Assembly (NCBI GenBank): GCA_030605345.1 | Contig: JAUWIN010000001.1 | Span: forward strand, 5,253-69,252 | Source of the DNA: Candidatus Brocadiia bacterium | Lineage (GTDB): Bacteria; Planctomycetota; PUPC01 | DNA length: 64,000 nt | Direction: 5' to 3' | In this document: positions 38,079 to 47,662 of the stretch, piece after piece | Layout: each line of letters begins with the position of its first letter | Numbering within the stretch: the first letter of the stretch is position 1 | The notes under the pieces: model-generated | Told to the model about the DNA's origin: nothing | Databases searched by the model: none | Seen by the model: only the letters and a program-made list of their open reading frames with translations | Made by a program: the position numbers and the translations under genes

Positions 38079-39260
38079 GTGCTTGACCGCGAAAATGCCA
38101 TCCGCTTGAAATTCAGGGAACTATACGGCAGCGACCAGGGCCTGGGCCTGACGCGGGCGCCTGGACGGGTCAACATCATAGGGGAGCATACGGATTACAA
38201 CCAGGGCTACGTCCTGCCCATTGCAATCGCCCAGGACACCGTGGTCGGGTTCAAGCCGAATGGCTCGCGCCGGGTGAACGTTCACTCCATGACGATGGAG
38301 GAGTCGGCGAGCTTTTCGCTCGACGAGACGCCGAGCGGCGAAGGCCCGCGCTGGGTCCGCTATGTCGCTGGTGTGGCCGCCGCATTGCAGGACGCGCGCA
38401 TCGAGTTGGCCGGAATCGACATGGTTATTCATAGCACTGTTCCTGTCGGGGGCGGGCTGTCGTCGTCCGCCGCACTTGAGGTCTCGTGTGCGCTCGCCTT
38501 CCCCTCGGCCGCGGGGGTGGACGTAGAGAGGAAGAAACTCGCGCTCATTTGTCAGGACGCAGAGAATAAGTACGCTGGAATGAGGTGCGGGGTGATGGAC
38601 CAGTATGTGGCACTATTCGGACGGGAGGGGGCGGCTGTCAAACTTGATTGCCGCTCGCTGGAGCACGAGCTGGTGCCGTTGTCCACCGAGACGGCGAAGT
38701 TCGTGGTGTGCGACACCAGCATCCGCCACGAGTTGGCCTCGTCGGAATACAACAAACGGCGGCAGACATGCGAGCGCGGCGTGCAGGAGGCTTCACGAAT
38801 CCTCAGCGGCGAGTCAGTGAACGCGCTGCGTGACCTTGAGCCCGGCGACCTTTCTGGCCTCGAAACTGAACTCGACCCCGTGACTTTCAAGCGGGTGCGG
38901 CACGTGGTGACCGAAAACGCACGAGTGCTGGAGGCAGCCCGGGCCATGAAGGCCGAAAACTACATCGCGCTGGGCGTGCTGATGGACGCCTCACACGAAA
39001 GTCTGCGCGACGACTACGAGGTGAGTTGCCCGGAACTTGACGCAATGGTCGAAATCGCCTGGTCGCAGCCCGGCGTTTATGGCTCACGCATGACCGGCGG
39101 CGGATTCGGCGGATGCACTATTACCCTGGTGAGTTCGGACCACGTGGACAGTTTGTGCAAAAACGTAGCCCTGTCGTACCGGGAACGGACGGGGAACGTT
39201 CCGAGCATTTATGTCTGCGCCCCTGAAAAGGGCGCCGAAGTCATCTCCCCTGCCTTCTGA
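38079..39260 (+). CDS. galK: galactokinase (GHMP kinase family)
   Basis: GalK signature GRVNIIGEHTDYNQGYVLPIAI, GHMP motif PVGGGLSSSAALEV, C-terminal MTGGGFGGCTITLV. Confidence 0.85.
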   Translation: MLDRENAIRLKFRELYGSDQGLGLTRAPGRVNIIGEHTDYNQGYVLPIAIAQDTVVGFKPNGSRRVNVHSMTMEESASFSLDETPSGEGPRWVRYVAGVAAALQDARIELAGIDMVIHSTVPVGGGLSSSAALEVSCALAFPSAAGVDVERKKLALICQDAENKYAGMRCGVMDQYVALFGREGAAVKLDCRSLEHELVPLSTETAKFVVCDTSIRHELASSEYNKRRQTCERGVQEASRILSGESVNALRDLEPGDLSGLETELDPVTFKRVRHVVTENARVLEAARAMKAENYIALGVLMDASHESLRDDYEVSCPELDAMVEIAWSQPGVYGSRMTGGGFGGCTITLVSSDHVDSLCKNVALSYRERTGNVPSIYVCAPEKGAEVISPAF

Positions 39261-39270
39261 GCAGGCCCGA

Positions 39271-39346
39271 TGGTGGAGGCAACGGGACTCGAACCCGTGA
39301 CCTCATGGCTGCCAGCCATACGCTCTCCCAACTGAGCTATGCCCCC
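39271..39346 (-). tRNA. tRNA-Ala (anticodon GGC)
   Basis: Reverse complement GGGGGCATAGCTCAGTTGGGAGAGCGTATGGCTGGCAGCCATGAGGTCACGGGTTCGAGTCCCGTTGCCTCCACCA folds as a cloverleaf. Anticodon loop CTGGCAG with the G3:U70 alanine identity pair; CCA encoded. Confidence 0.85.
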
Positions 39347-39519
39347 AGCGAGCCAGATTCCGCAACGCATTGTACGAGCGCGAGCAGCAGTGTCAAGCCC
39401 GGCTTGAACAGGCGAACGCGTTATGCTACCTTATGCTCCAAGAAACTGGGCGCGCTACACTCCGCCGGGCGGAACCAGAAGCTGCCGCATGGTGAAAATT
39501 AGGGAATTGGGGTAACACT

Positions 39520-40551
39520 ATGACCAGCACTCGCGACCTGTTGACCACGGCACTGGACGGCGGCACCCCGGCGCAAACCCCGCTTTCCATCTATGAGTGG
39601 CTGGCGGGCGATGTAAATGATGATTGGCGCCGCTTGTTTGACCAGGGGCTCGGAATCTGCCGTCACGTCAATACTGTCAAGCACATCGAACACGGGGTCA
39701 AGGATACGGTGGAGGAGAGAGTCGAAAGCAACCGGCACTATTACACCCAGCGGAAAGAGACGCCGGTCGGTACGCTGCAGAAGGTGACCATAGACGGCTG
39801 GGGCCATGAGGACTGGATCAAAACACCCGAGGACTACAAGATTCGACAGTGGATAGTAGAAAACACTGAACTTGTCCCGCAGTATGATCAATTCGAGAAA
39901 ATCGAACAGCAGGTCGAAGATTACGCCGTCACGATTGCGACCGGTTCCCGTACCCCGGCTATGAGCATAAATCTGGACTGGGCTGGGACGGAACAATTCT
40001 GTATGGACGTGGCGACGGGGGTGGACGAATTGTTCGAACTTTACCACGTACAGAAGAAGCAATTCCTGGAGGAAACTCGCCTGATTGCCGCCGGGCCGGG
40101 GCATTTCGTCAAGTGGCTCGAAAATCTCACCGCCGGCATGCTGGGGCCGGAACGCTATGTGGACCTACTGGTGTCTGTCTATAACGAGGCCATGCCGATT
40201 CTCGAGGCAGCGGGCAAGCGCGTGATGGTCCATTATGACGGCCAGATAGGATGCCTCACCGAGCAGATCGCTTCTGCGCCGTTCCACATCATTGAATCAT
40301 TCACCGAGCCGCCGGAAGGGGATATCATGTATGACGAGAGTCGGGCGGCCTGGCCGGACAAAGCATTCTGGGCGAACATCAGCGTCGGCCTTTACGCTCT
40401 GCCCGAACCCCTCCTGCGGGACGCAGTGATTGCCAAGCGCGAGCGGGCGGGCAAGAAAGCCCTTGCCTTTGAAATTTCCGAGGACCTGCCCAAAAACTGG
40501 CAGGAGTCCGTGCCGATAGTGCTCAACACGCTGCGGGAGCTGGACACCTGA
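39520..40551 (+). CDS. uroporphyrinogen decarboxylase-like (URO-D/MtaA-fold) family protein, divergent paralog 4
   Basis: Similar length and C-terminal barrel pattern (VMVHYDGQIGCLTEQIASAPFHIIESF...ISVGLYAL) to paralogs 1-3 but more divergent. Weak call. Confidence 0.55.
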   Translation: MTSTRDLLTTALDGGTPAQTPLSIYEWLAGDVNDDWRRLFDQGLGICRHVNTVKHIEHGVKDTVEERVESNRHYYTQRKETPVGTLQKVTIDGWGHEDWIKTPEDYKIRQWIVENTELVPQYDQFEKIEQQVEDYAVTIATGSRTPAMSINLDWAGTEQFCMDVATGVDELFELYHVQKKQFLEETRLIAAGPGHFVKWLENLTAGMLGPERYVDLLVSVYNEAMPILEAAGKRVMVHYDGQIGCLTEQIASAPFHIIESFTEPPEGDIMYDESRAAWPDKAFWANISVGLYALPEPLLRDAVIAKRERAGKKALAFEISEDLPKNWQESVPIVLNTLRELDT

Positions 40552-40620
40552 GGCCATCTGCAATAGCTCCGCCCCCGACCACGCATAAATAAACGGCGGC
40601 TTGCCGGAATGTGGGAGCGC

Positions 40621-41862
40621 TTACCTGACCAATGAGCGGCGCCGGGTCCGCCGGAGGAAGCGCAGCATAATCAAGCCGAATGTCAGGGTTACACAGGCGG
40701 GCGGTTCTGGCACTGCCTCGAACGCCCCCATGTCGGCCTGTCCGCCGTAAAAGCGGGCCTTGCCGTCGAGGTCGCTGAGAATCACGTATTCGGCGGTGCC
40801 GGGAGCTATTCCGTCAACCACCACGTCCATATCCGCTTGGAACCCGGTGCTGGGGTTGACGTTGACGTAGCGAAAATCGCCAGCATCCACGGTGGCGCCG
40901 CTGTTTATACAGGGACTGCCGACCGCCAGCCTGAAGTCTTGCAGGAGCGGGTCGGTGGTGATGCTGCCCCCGTTGTCGAAGTCGTATTCACCATCGAAGA
41001 CAAAACTACCGCCGGTCGCCTTGTAAATATCGCTGGAGGAATAAAATCGTTTGTTGGGCAGTTCATAGCCGGGTCGCTTGTCTGCGGTGAGTTCAACCGG
41101 CGTGCTCTCCGCGGTGACGATGCTGTTGAAGAGCTGAAGATACCCATCGGTATTCCACGGCTCCTCGTCGTTGGAGATACCAATGGCATTGTCTGCGATG
41201 GTGGAATGGACGATGTAGGTGCTGAATCCATCGGTCGTATCCACGTAGCGCAGACCGGTCCCGAATCCTTCGATGAGTGAATTCATCACATATACCCCAT
41301 GGCAGTGGTCGTCGATGTGGATGCCGGTGCGGGGGTCAGTGTCCTTGCCGTCACCGGAGAGGTGACAGTTCTTGAGAACTGACCCGGCGGCGAAAGTGCT
41401 GAAGTACACGGCGCCGTCAACCGCGAACCCGTCAATGGTTATCGTGGTCAGGTGAACGTGAAAGACCTTGTCGCCCGAGCCAGTGATATGGCTTTTGCTT
41501 GAGAGTTCCTGGTGGACGTTCACCGGGGCGGATTCGCCAGTCTCCCACTTCATCCCTCCCTGGACGGTGTTGACCGTGACTGTGTCGGAGGTGAGGTTAA
41601 TCTGCCCCCCGCTGACCTCGTCCACGTCCTCCTCATAATCACTGTGCACTCGGATGTCCCAGTCGCCGGAACCGTTCGTTTGGATCCACTCATAGACCGC
41701 GTCGATTCCGCTCAGTCCCTCGTCCTCCATCCACTTCCATGAGGGGTCGTTATTGACGGCCGGCTGCGGCCCGCCGACGTAGTAGTAATTCGTCGCCAAC
41801 GCCGGCGCCGAAGCGGCGAAAAGAAAGACAAGAACAGTGCCGGTCACGAATTGCAGACGCAT
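40621..41862 (-). CDS. PEP-CTERM sorting domain-containing protein with a right-handed beta-helix (pectate-lyase-like) region
   Basis: Signal peptide MRLQFVTGTVLVFLFAASAPALA; a beta-helix-like repeat region (NCHLSGDG...HIDDHCHGVYVMNSLIEG...IADNAIGIS); C-terminus EAVPEPPACVTLTFGLIMLRFLRRTRRR. Confidence 0.75.
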   Translation of the reverse strand: MRLQFVTGTVLVFLFAASAPALATNYYYVGGPQPAVNNDPSWKWMEDEGLSGIDAVYEWIQTNGSGDWDIRVHSDYEEDVDEVSGGQINLTSDTVTVNTVQGGMKWETGESAPVNVHQELSSKSHITGSGDKVFHVHLTTITIDGFAVDGAVYFSTFAAGSVLKNCHLSGDGKDTDPRTGIHIDDHCHGVYVMNSLIEGFGTGLRYVDTTDGFSTYIVHSTIADNAIGISNDEEPWNTDGYLQLFNSIVTAESTPVELTADKRPGYELPNKRFYSSSDIYKATGGSFVFDGEYDFDNGGSITTDPLLQDFRLAVGSPCINSGATVDAGDFRYVNVNPSTGFQADMDVVVDGIAPGTAEYVILSDLDGKARFYGGQADMGAFEAVPEPPACVTLTFGLIMLRFLRRTRRRSLVR

Positions 41863-42107
41863 GGGTTGACCTCCTCATCCACCGGTGTCAGGTTATTCTG
41901 ACCGCCTATCCAAAAAGGTGCGTACGTCCCGTGGCGCCGGCCCATCCGACGCCCCAACATCGCTTGTTGTTGGCTGGCATCACATCCTTCTGACTGTGAG
42001 CCAGCTCCTCCGGCAGCGGTTGAGCATAGCCAGCCCGCTGGCCTCTGCAAAGCTGTCTTGCGGCCGGCCCGGTCTACCCCTGGGGCAGACCTTCCCGCCG
42101 CACGAAA

Positions 42108-42177
42108 CACCATCACCCTCTACTATAATACACGCTACAAATGCTGTAGCATTGCTACACGGCGTGTAGCAATTTTT
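42108..42177 (-). promoter_or_regulatory. conserved palindrome-rich ~65-nt element, copy 2, in the leader of the second PEP-CTERM gene
   Basis: Reverse complement AAAAATTGCTACACGCCGTGTAGCAATGCTACAGCATTTGTAGCGTGTATTATAGTAGAGGGTGATGG aligns with copy 1 (34361-34424) in the same orientation relative to the gene. Confidence 0.5.
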
Positions 42178-42612
42178 CTCCGGGTCGCGCGGCCCTGGCG
42201 TTTGTCTGGTCATAACCTAACCCAGCGCCAGGTCTTATGCCGTTTGCGCGCTGGTCCGTTGCATCCGCGTCCGCCCCCATTTTTTTTGTTTTTTCCTGCC
42301 CTGTTGTAGCGGACAGGTTCTCGAAGACATCTCGGACAACTTGTTCCGGTTCCGAAAACCCTCTTCAGTGCAGGGGAATGCCATGCCGACAGCGCCGAAA
42401 ATTTGGGAAAATCTGTGACTCGTAGTCAGACCGGCACTTAGTGCTGCTCTGTCAATTCTGCTTTCTGGGGTATGTGTTGCATGGAGCGTGGCTTCACGAG
42501 GACAATATGCGGGCCCGCGTTGAGCAAAACCGGCGAAGTTGACAAAGTAGCACTAACCGCGGGCCGGCCCGTCGGTCAATAGCCGAAATACAAAAATACT
42601 GAGCGGGCTCAG

Positions 42613-42641
42613 TTGACCACGCCCGTTCGCTACCGTATAAT
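42613..42641 (+). promoter_or_regulatory. sigma-70 promoter (TTGACC-N17-TATAAT) for tRNA-Phe
   Basis: TTGACC at 42613-42618, 17-nt spacer, TATAAT at 42636-42641, 11 nt upstream of the mature tRNA 5' end. Confidence 0.5.
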
Positions 42642-42652
42642 CCTCGGTCGAT

Positions 42653-42727
42653 GGGTAGGTAGCTCAGGGGTAGAGCACGGGACTGAAAATCCCGGTGTCG
42701 GCGGTTCAATTCCGCCCCTACCCACCA
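42653..42727 (+). tRNA. tRNA-Phe (anticodon GAA)
   Basis: GGGTAGGTAGCTCAGGGGTAGAGCACGGGACTGAAAATCCCGGTGTCGGCGGTTCAATTCCGCCCCTACCCACCA has a 7-bp acceptor stem, anticodon loop CTGAAAA and T-loop TTCAATT; CCA encoded. Confidence 0.85.
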
Positions 42728-42747
42728 TTTTTTCAGGTGCAGGTAAG

Positions 42748-43293
42748 ATGGAATTCAACGAACTGTTCAGCGCCGTTGTGGGCGATGTGCGGCGGTGTGG
42801 CGAATCGGTTGACCCGCAGCAGGTCTGCGCCCTCGTTGACGCGCTCGCCACAAAGCGGAAGGTGCTTCTTGTGGGCGCCGGCCGCAGCGGCGCGATGCTG
42901 GAGGCAATGCGGATACGCCTGGGTCATCTGGACATCGACACCCACGTGGCCGGCTCGCCGGGTTGTCCGCCCGTGCAGGAAGGTGACCTGGTGCTGGTCG
43001 CGTCCGGGGCCGGGCGAACTCCCGTGTCCCTCGAAACAGCCGCCAAGGCACACGACGCGGGAGCGCGGCTGGCCGTGATTACAGCGGACACGTCCTCGCC
43101 AATCGCCGGGCTCGCCGACATCATCGTTCACGTCCCCGCGCCGCTGACACTGCGGCACCCTACGCCCCACACCCTCCGGAGCCTGTTCGAGGAATGTCTG
43201 CTCATCATCTGCGATTGCGTCTGCCGGATGCTCCAGGACAGGCTCGGCCTGTCGGCTGCCGCCATGCAGTCCCGTCATTCGTGCGCGGGATGA
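42748..43293 (+). CDS. SIS (sugar isomerase) domain protein, 6-phospho-3-hexuloisomerase-like
   Basis: VLLVGAGRSGAMLEAM...GDLVLVASGAGRTPVSLETAAKAHDAGARLAVIT is the SIS phosphosugar-binding pattern. The ORF-track upstream extension overlaps tRNA-Phe, so the start was set at MEFNELF (42748). Confidence 0.6.
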   Translation: MEFNELFSAVVGDVRRCGESVDPQQVCALVDALATKRKVLLVGAGRSGAMLEAMRIRLGHLDIDTHVAGSPGCPPVQEGDLVLVASGAGRTPVSLETAAKAHDAGARLAVITADTSSPIAGLADIIVHVPAPLTLRHPTPHTLRSLFEECLLIICDCVCRMLQDRLGLSAAAMQSRHSCAG

Positions 43294-43336
43294 AGGCGGA
43301 AAAGCCCTTTGAGGGAGTTCCCTTCAGCCGTCTTTC

Positions 43337-44113
43337 TTACACGAAATACCGCACGGCGTTACGGAAGATTTGCATACCGTCGCCTTCGGGCTTGACGCCT
43401 TCACGCGTCCAGCGCGGGTGCTGGGTCGGGAGGACGTGGCGCTCCGGATGCGGCATAAGCCCCAGAACCCTGCCGGTCGGGTCGCAGATTCCGGCGATGT
43501 CGTCCACCGAGCCGTTGGGGTTGGCGGGATACTGCGCTTCAGTGCGCCCGTCGCGGTCCACGTAACGGAAAATGATTTGGTCGTTGTCACGGATTGCGTT
43601 TAGTGTGGCGTCGTCCTTGGTGAGGAATTTCCCCTCTGCGTGCGCTACGGGCAGGTAGATCATCTCGCCCTTGTTGATCAACGGCGACTTGCCGGAGTCG
43701 GCCCGAAGATAGACCCACCGGTCCTCGAACTTATTCGAGTCGTTGAACGGGAGGGTGACCGGCTGTTGGGTGTCTCGGGTGACCGGACCGGGCAGCAGGC
43801 CAGCTCTTGCCAGGACCTGAAAGCCGTTGCAGATGCCGATGACAAGCTTGCCGCTATCGACGAATTTTTTCAGGCGGTCGCCAAGTTCCATCCGGAGTTC
43901 GTTTGCCAGGATTTTTCCTGCGGCGATGTCGTCGCCGTAACTGAACCCTCCCGGCAGGGCAAGGACCTGATGTTCGTCGAGCAGCGAGGGCTTTTCGTTC
44001 ACCCGATTGATATGGAGCAGCGAGACCTCGCTGCCGGCCCGCTCGAAGGCGAACTTCGTCTCCAGGTCACAGTTGGTCCCCGCCGTCCGGATGATGAGGG
44101 TTTTCACTGTCAT
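43337..44113 (-). CDS. purQ: phosphoribosylformylglycinamidine synthase glutaminase subunit PurQ
   Basis: Class I GATase triad context LVIGICNGFQVLARAGLL and HAEGKF; start MTVKTLIIRTAG. Confidence 0.85.
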   Translation of the reverse strand: MTVKTLIIRTAGTNCDLETKFAFERAGSEVSLLHINRVNEKPSLLDEHQVLALPGGFSYGDDIAAGKILANELRMELGDRLKKFVDSGKLVIGICNGFQVLARAGLLPGPVTRDTQQPVTLPFNDSNKFEDRWVYLRADSGKSPLINKGEMIYLPVAHAEGKFLTKDDATLNAIRDNDQIIFRYVDRDGRTEAQYPANPNGSVDDIAGICDPTGRVLGLMPHPERHVLPTQHPRWTREGVKPEGDGMQIFRNAVRYFV

Positions 44114-44132
44114 TTTTCCACTCGGGTGTTCG

Positions 44133-44543
44133 TCAGAACGTGTCCAACATGCGGATATCCGCCTGTGACTCGGCGAGTTTGGCAAGGCGGCGGTCTGCGG
44201 TTACCAGCGTTCCATTAACCTCGAGCGCGAGAGCTACATAGGAAGCATCGTACACGCTGGCGCCCGTTGTACCCGCTACGTGAATCGCTCGAAAAATCAG
44301 TCCGGCGTCCAAAGCCGAGAAGGAGATGCCAGTATCAAGCAGCTGACGTATCGAATTCTGGACCTGCGAGGGGGTCAGTTCGATTTTCCGCAGAAGGATG
44401 TTAGCGACCTCGTACAACAACATATCGGGGGCGGCCATATCGAGGCTTCCGAGCAAAGCCTGCTCGCAAAGCGCAAGAGCCTTGTCGGAATCATTTTCTC
44501 TTACGAACCACTTTAACGCCACAGATGCATCGATGACATACAC
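44133..44543 (-). CDS. vapC: PIN-domain ribonuclease toxin (VapC family)
   Basis: MYVIDASVALKWF... conserved acidic residues (D5, E-region, D near C-terminus); 136 aa. Overlaps the upstream small ORF by 1 nt. Confidence 0.75.
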   Translation of the reverse strand: MYVIDASVALKWFVRENDSDKALALCEQALLGSLDMAAPDMLLYEVANILLRKIELTPSQVQNSIRQLLDTGISFSALDAGLIFRAIHVAGTTGASVYDASYVALALEVNGTLVTADRRLAKLAESQADIRMLDTF

Positions 44544-44779
44544 TAGCGCTCTCTTTCCTCTCGAACTAGTGTCACCACGTCTTTGCCCTTAGCCTTACCC
44601 TTTGTTAACTTCTGAATCTTCTCGAAAGCCTTTAGTACTTCCTGTGCTGGTTTGGGGCTGCTCAATCTTCGCAACGTCCGATACGTGGCGCGGGGCTCCT
44701 TGGTCTGCCCGGAATCCTTGTCCTTCTTGTCTTCATCCATCGCCATTCTCCCGAAGGCGGTCAATTCTAACAATACCAC
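44543..44779 (-). CDS. putative antitoxin partner of VapC (small Lys-rich protein)
   Basis: 78-aa ORF (or 67 aa from the internal MAMDEDKK start) immediately upstream of and overlapping vapC. No clear AbrB/RHH motif, so assignment is by context. Confidence 0.4.
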   Translation of the reverse strand: MVLLELTAFGRMAMDEDKKDKDSGQTKEPRATYRTLRRLSSPKPAQEVLKAFEKIQKLTKGKAKGKDVVTLVREERER

Positions 44780-44792
44780 GAATATCCAAGGA

Positions 44793-47648
44793 TTACCACC
44801 TCAGCGGCGCCTGCCAGGATTCTTTGAGGCCGATGATGGATTCACGGATGACCGTGTCGCCTCCGAGACCGGTTACCGCGAATGTTCCGTCGTCGGTGAT
44901 TGTGCCGACCTGCGCACAGGATGCGGCGGTCATTGCGTCGCAGAATGCCTCAACTTTCCCCGGCTCGACCTCGACGATGAACCGCGAGTTGGATTCGGAG
45001 AAGAGGAGCTTGGCATCTTCTTGCGCCTCGGCCGAGCAAGGGACCTTCGCCAGGTCGAACCGCATGCCCAACCCGCCAGCGAAGGCCATCTCGGCCGCGG
45101 CGACGGCAATCCCGCCCTCGCTGCAATCGTGACAGGCCCTGACCAGGCCTGCCGCCGTCGCCCTTGACAGCGCGGTAAAAACCCTCAGGCCGAGGTCGGT
45201 GTCGACCTGCGGCACGTTTCGGCCCAGTTCGCCGTGGATGTCGTAGTAGTGCGACCCGCCCAGTTCATCCTTTGTCAGGCCGACCACAAAGACAAGGTTT
45301 CCGGGCTGCTTGGCGTCCATCGACACGGCCTTGGTGACGTCGTGCATCACGCCCATCGCCGAAATCAAAAGCGACGGCGGGACCGCAATCGTGCCGCCGT
45401 CCACCTGGTATTCGTTGTTCAGGCTGTCCTTCCCGGAGACGAACGGTGTTCCGTAAGCCTTCGCAACGTCGTAGCAGGCGCGTGCGGCCCGCACCAGCCC
45501 GCCGAGCCGGTCGGGCTTGTCGGGGTTGCCCCACGAGAAATTGTCCAGCAGCGCCGCACGTTCGAGGTCGCCGCCCCCCGCAACCAAGTTTCTCAGCGCC
45601 TCGTCAATGGCGGAAGCCGCCATGTGGTACGGATCGATCAAACCATACTTCGGGTTCATCCCGTTGGAAACGACCAGCCCACGCCGCGAGCCGAGCACCG
45701 GCGCGACGATGCAGGCATCGCCCGGCCCGTCGTTCTCGGCCCCCACCAGCGGCTTCAGCACGCTTGCGCCCTGAACCTCGTGGTCGTACTGGCGTATAAT
45801 CCACTCCTTGCTGCACACGTTCCACGAGCCCAGAATGTTCTTGAGGTCCTCGCCGTAGTCGGTCTTCGCGGGCAGGTGGGGTTCTTTCAGCGCCGGCTCG
45901 CTCCACTCGGCCTTGCGCTCCAGCCGGGGCACTCCGTTGTGGAGGAAGTCCATCTCCAGGTCGCAGACTTGCTCGCGCTGATAGTGGAGGACCAGCCTGC
46001 CGCTGTCGGTATAGCGGCCGAGGGTTGTGGACTCGACGTTCTCGGACGCGCACAGTTCGTGCAGCGCCTGTTCGTGCTCCGGGGGGACGGCTATGACCAT
46101 CCGTTCTTGCGCCTCGGAAATCCACATCTCAGTGTAGGTGAGGCCATCATATTTGAGCGGGACCGTGGCCAGGTCAACCTCGGCCCCGATGTCCTTACCC
46201 ATCTCGCCCACTGCGGAGGACAGTCCCCCCGCCCCGCAGTCGGTGATGCAGGAATACCAGCCCCGGTCGCGCGCTACCAGGAGCACGTCGCGCATCTTCT
46301 TCTCCATAATTGCGTTGCCAATCTGGACGTGGCTGCTGGAGGTTTCTTCGTGCAGTTCGACGGAGGCGAACGTGGCGCCGTGTATGCCGTCTCGGCCGGT
46401 GCGCCCGCCGACGACCACGACGAGGTCGCCTGGCCGGGCCGCCTTCTCACAGCCGTCCCGCGGGATAAGGGCGAGGTTGCCGCAATACACCAGGCAGTTG
46501 CCGACATATCGCTCATCGAAGAAAACCGCGCCGTTGGCGGTGGGGATGCCCATACGGTTGCCGTAGTCGCGGACGCCGGCGACGACGCCGCGCATAATCC
46601 GCCGCGGGTGCATCACGGCCTTCGGCAGTTTGTGGGGAGGATAGTCGGGCGGCCCGAAGCAGAACACGTCGGTGTTGAGGATCGGCTTTGCGCCCATGCC
46701 GGTGCCCATCGGGTCGCGGATGACCCCTCCGATGCCTGTGCCGGCGCCGCCGTAAGGCTCGAGAGCAGACGGATGGTTGTGGGTTTCGACCTTGAAGGCG
46801 ACGCCCCAGTCTTCGTCGAACTCGATTACGCCGGAATTGTCCTCGAACACGGAGAGGCACCACGGCTTGTCCAGTTCGCGAGTAACCCGCATCACGGTCT
46901 GTTTCAGCAGGTTGTCGATGATTTCGCCGTTGTAGTTGATGATGCCGCGAAAGGTCTTGTGGACGCAATGCTCCGACCACGTCTGGGCCAGGGTCTCCAG
47001 TTCCACGTCGGTCGGGTTGCGGCCGAGCTTCTCGTAGTAGTCCTGGATTGTCTTCATTTCGGCAAGGTTTAGCGACAGCACCCCCTCCCGGCTGATCCGC
47101 TCCATTTCGCCTTCATCGGCTTCCAGCAGCGGCACCACCAGCTTCTCGAAAGGTGTCTTCGAGCCAGTCGTGATCTCGTGTATCTTTTCGCCGCCCAGAA
47201 TAAGATGTTCGATGATGTCGTTCGCCAGCACCTTCTCGCCGATCCTTTTCGCGTCGGCCGCTGCCAGCGAGCCGTAGATGTAGTATTTCCGCGCCGTGCG
47301 AACGGCCGATGCCCGGAGACCCATGTCGGCGATGCCCTTGAGGGTGCTCGCTTCCACCGGGTCCATCACGCCTGGCTTCCGCACGACCTGGACGATTTGG
47401 AGGTCGCTGCGGCTTTCGTCGAGCACCGGCTCGCCGACCGCATACCTGTCCACCACCGGATCGCTCAAGAGACGGTCTGCAATCCGCTCGACCTGTTCCC
47501 GCCCCAGTTCGGTCTGTATGACGAAAACCCGGACTCGCCGCACCTCCTCGATTCCGGAGATGCCGATTGCCTCTGCCTCGCTCTTGACAGTCTGGCCTTC
47601 GGGGTCGAGCTGTCCGGGCTTCAATGCGATTTCAATCTGCCAGAGCAA
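44793..47648 (-). CDS. purL: phosphoribosylformylglycinamidine synthase subunit PurL with N-terminal PurS-like domain(s) (PurS-PurL fusion)
   Basis: N-terminal WQIEIALKPGQLDPEGQTVKSEAEAIGISGIEEVRRVRVFVIQ is PurS-like and is followed by a second PurS-like repeat. The remainder has PurL AIR-synthase-related domains (GAGTGIGGVIRD, SNGMNPKYG). Confidence 0.85.
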   Translation of the reverse strand: MLWQIEIALKPGQLDPEGQTVKSEAEAIGISGIEEVRRVRVFVIQTELGREQVERIADRLLSDPVVDRYAVGEPVLDESRSDLQIVQVVRKPGVMDPVEASTLKGIADMGLRASAVRTARKYYIYGSLAAADAKRIGEKVLANDIIEHLILGGEKIHEITTGSKTPFEKLVVPLLEADEGEMERISREGVLSLNLAEMKTIQDYYEKLGRNPTDVELETLAQTWSEHCVHKTFRGIINYNGEIIDNLLKQTVMRVTRELDKPWCLSVFEDNSGVIEFDEDWGVAFKVETHNHPSALEPYGGAGTGIGGVIRDPMGTGMGAKPILNTDVFCFGPPDYPPHKLPKAVMHPRRIMRGVVAGVRDYGNRMGIPTANGAVFFDERYVGNCLVYCGNLALIPRDGCEKAARPGDLVVVVGGRTGRDGIHGATFASVELHEETSSSHVQIGNAIMEKKMRDVLLVARDRGWYSCITDCGAGGLSSAVGEMGKDIGAEVDLATVPLKYDGLTYTEMWISEAQERMVIAVPPEHEQALHELCASENVESTTLGRYTDSGRLVLHYQREQVCDLEMDFLHNGVPRLERKAEWSEPALKEPHLPAKTDYGEDLKNILGSWNVCSKEWIIRQYDHEVQGASVLKPLVGAENDGPGDACIVAPVLGSRRGLVVSNGMNPKYGLIDPYHMAASAIDEALRNLVAGGGDLERAALLDNFSWGNPDKPDRLGGLVRAARACYDVAKAYGTPFVSGKDSLNNEYQVDGGTIAVPPSLLISAMGVMHDVTKAVSMDAKQPGNLVFVVGLTKDELGGSHYYDIHGELGRNVPQVDTDLGLRVFTALSRATAAGLVRACHDCSEGGIAVAAAEMAFAGGLGMRFDLAKVPCSAEAQEDAKLLFSESNSRFIVEVEPGKVEAFCDAMTAASCAQVGTITDDGTFAVTGLGGDTVIRESIIGLKESWQAPLRW

Positions 47649-47662
47649 ATCTGTTCTCCGTG

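Noticed and set aside
42613-42747. N-terminal 45-codon extension of the SIS-domain ORF (track ORF 42613-43293)
   Set aside because: The extension is encoded by the tRNA-Phe gene and its promoter; the real start is MEFNELF at 42748.
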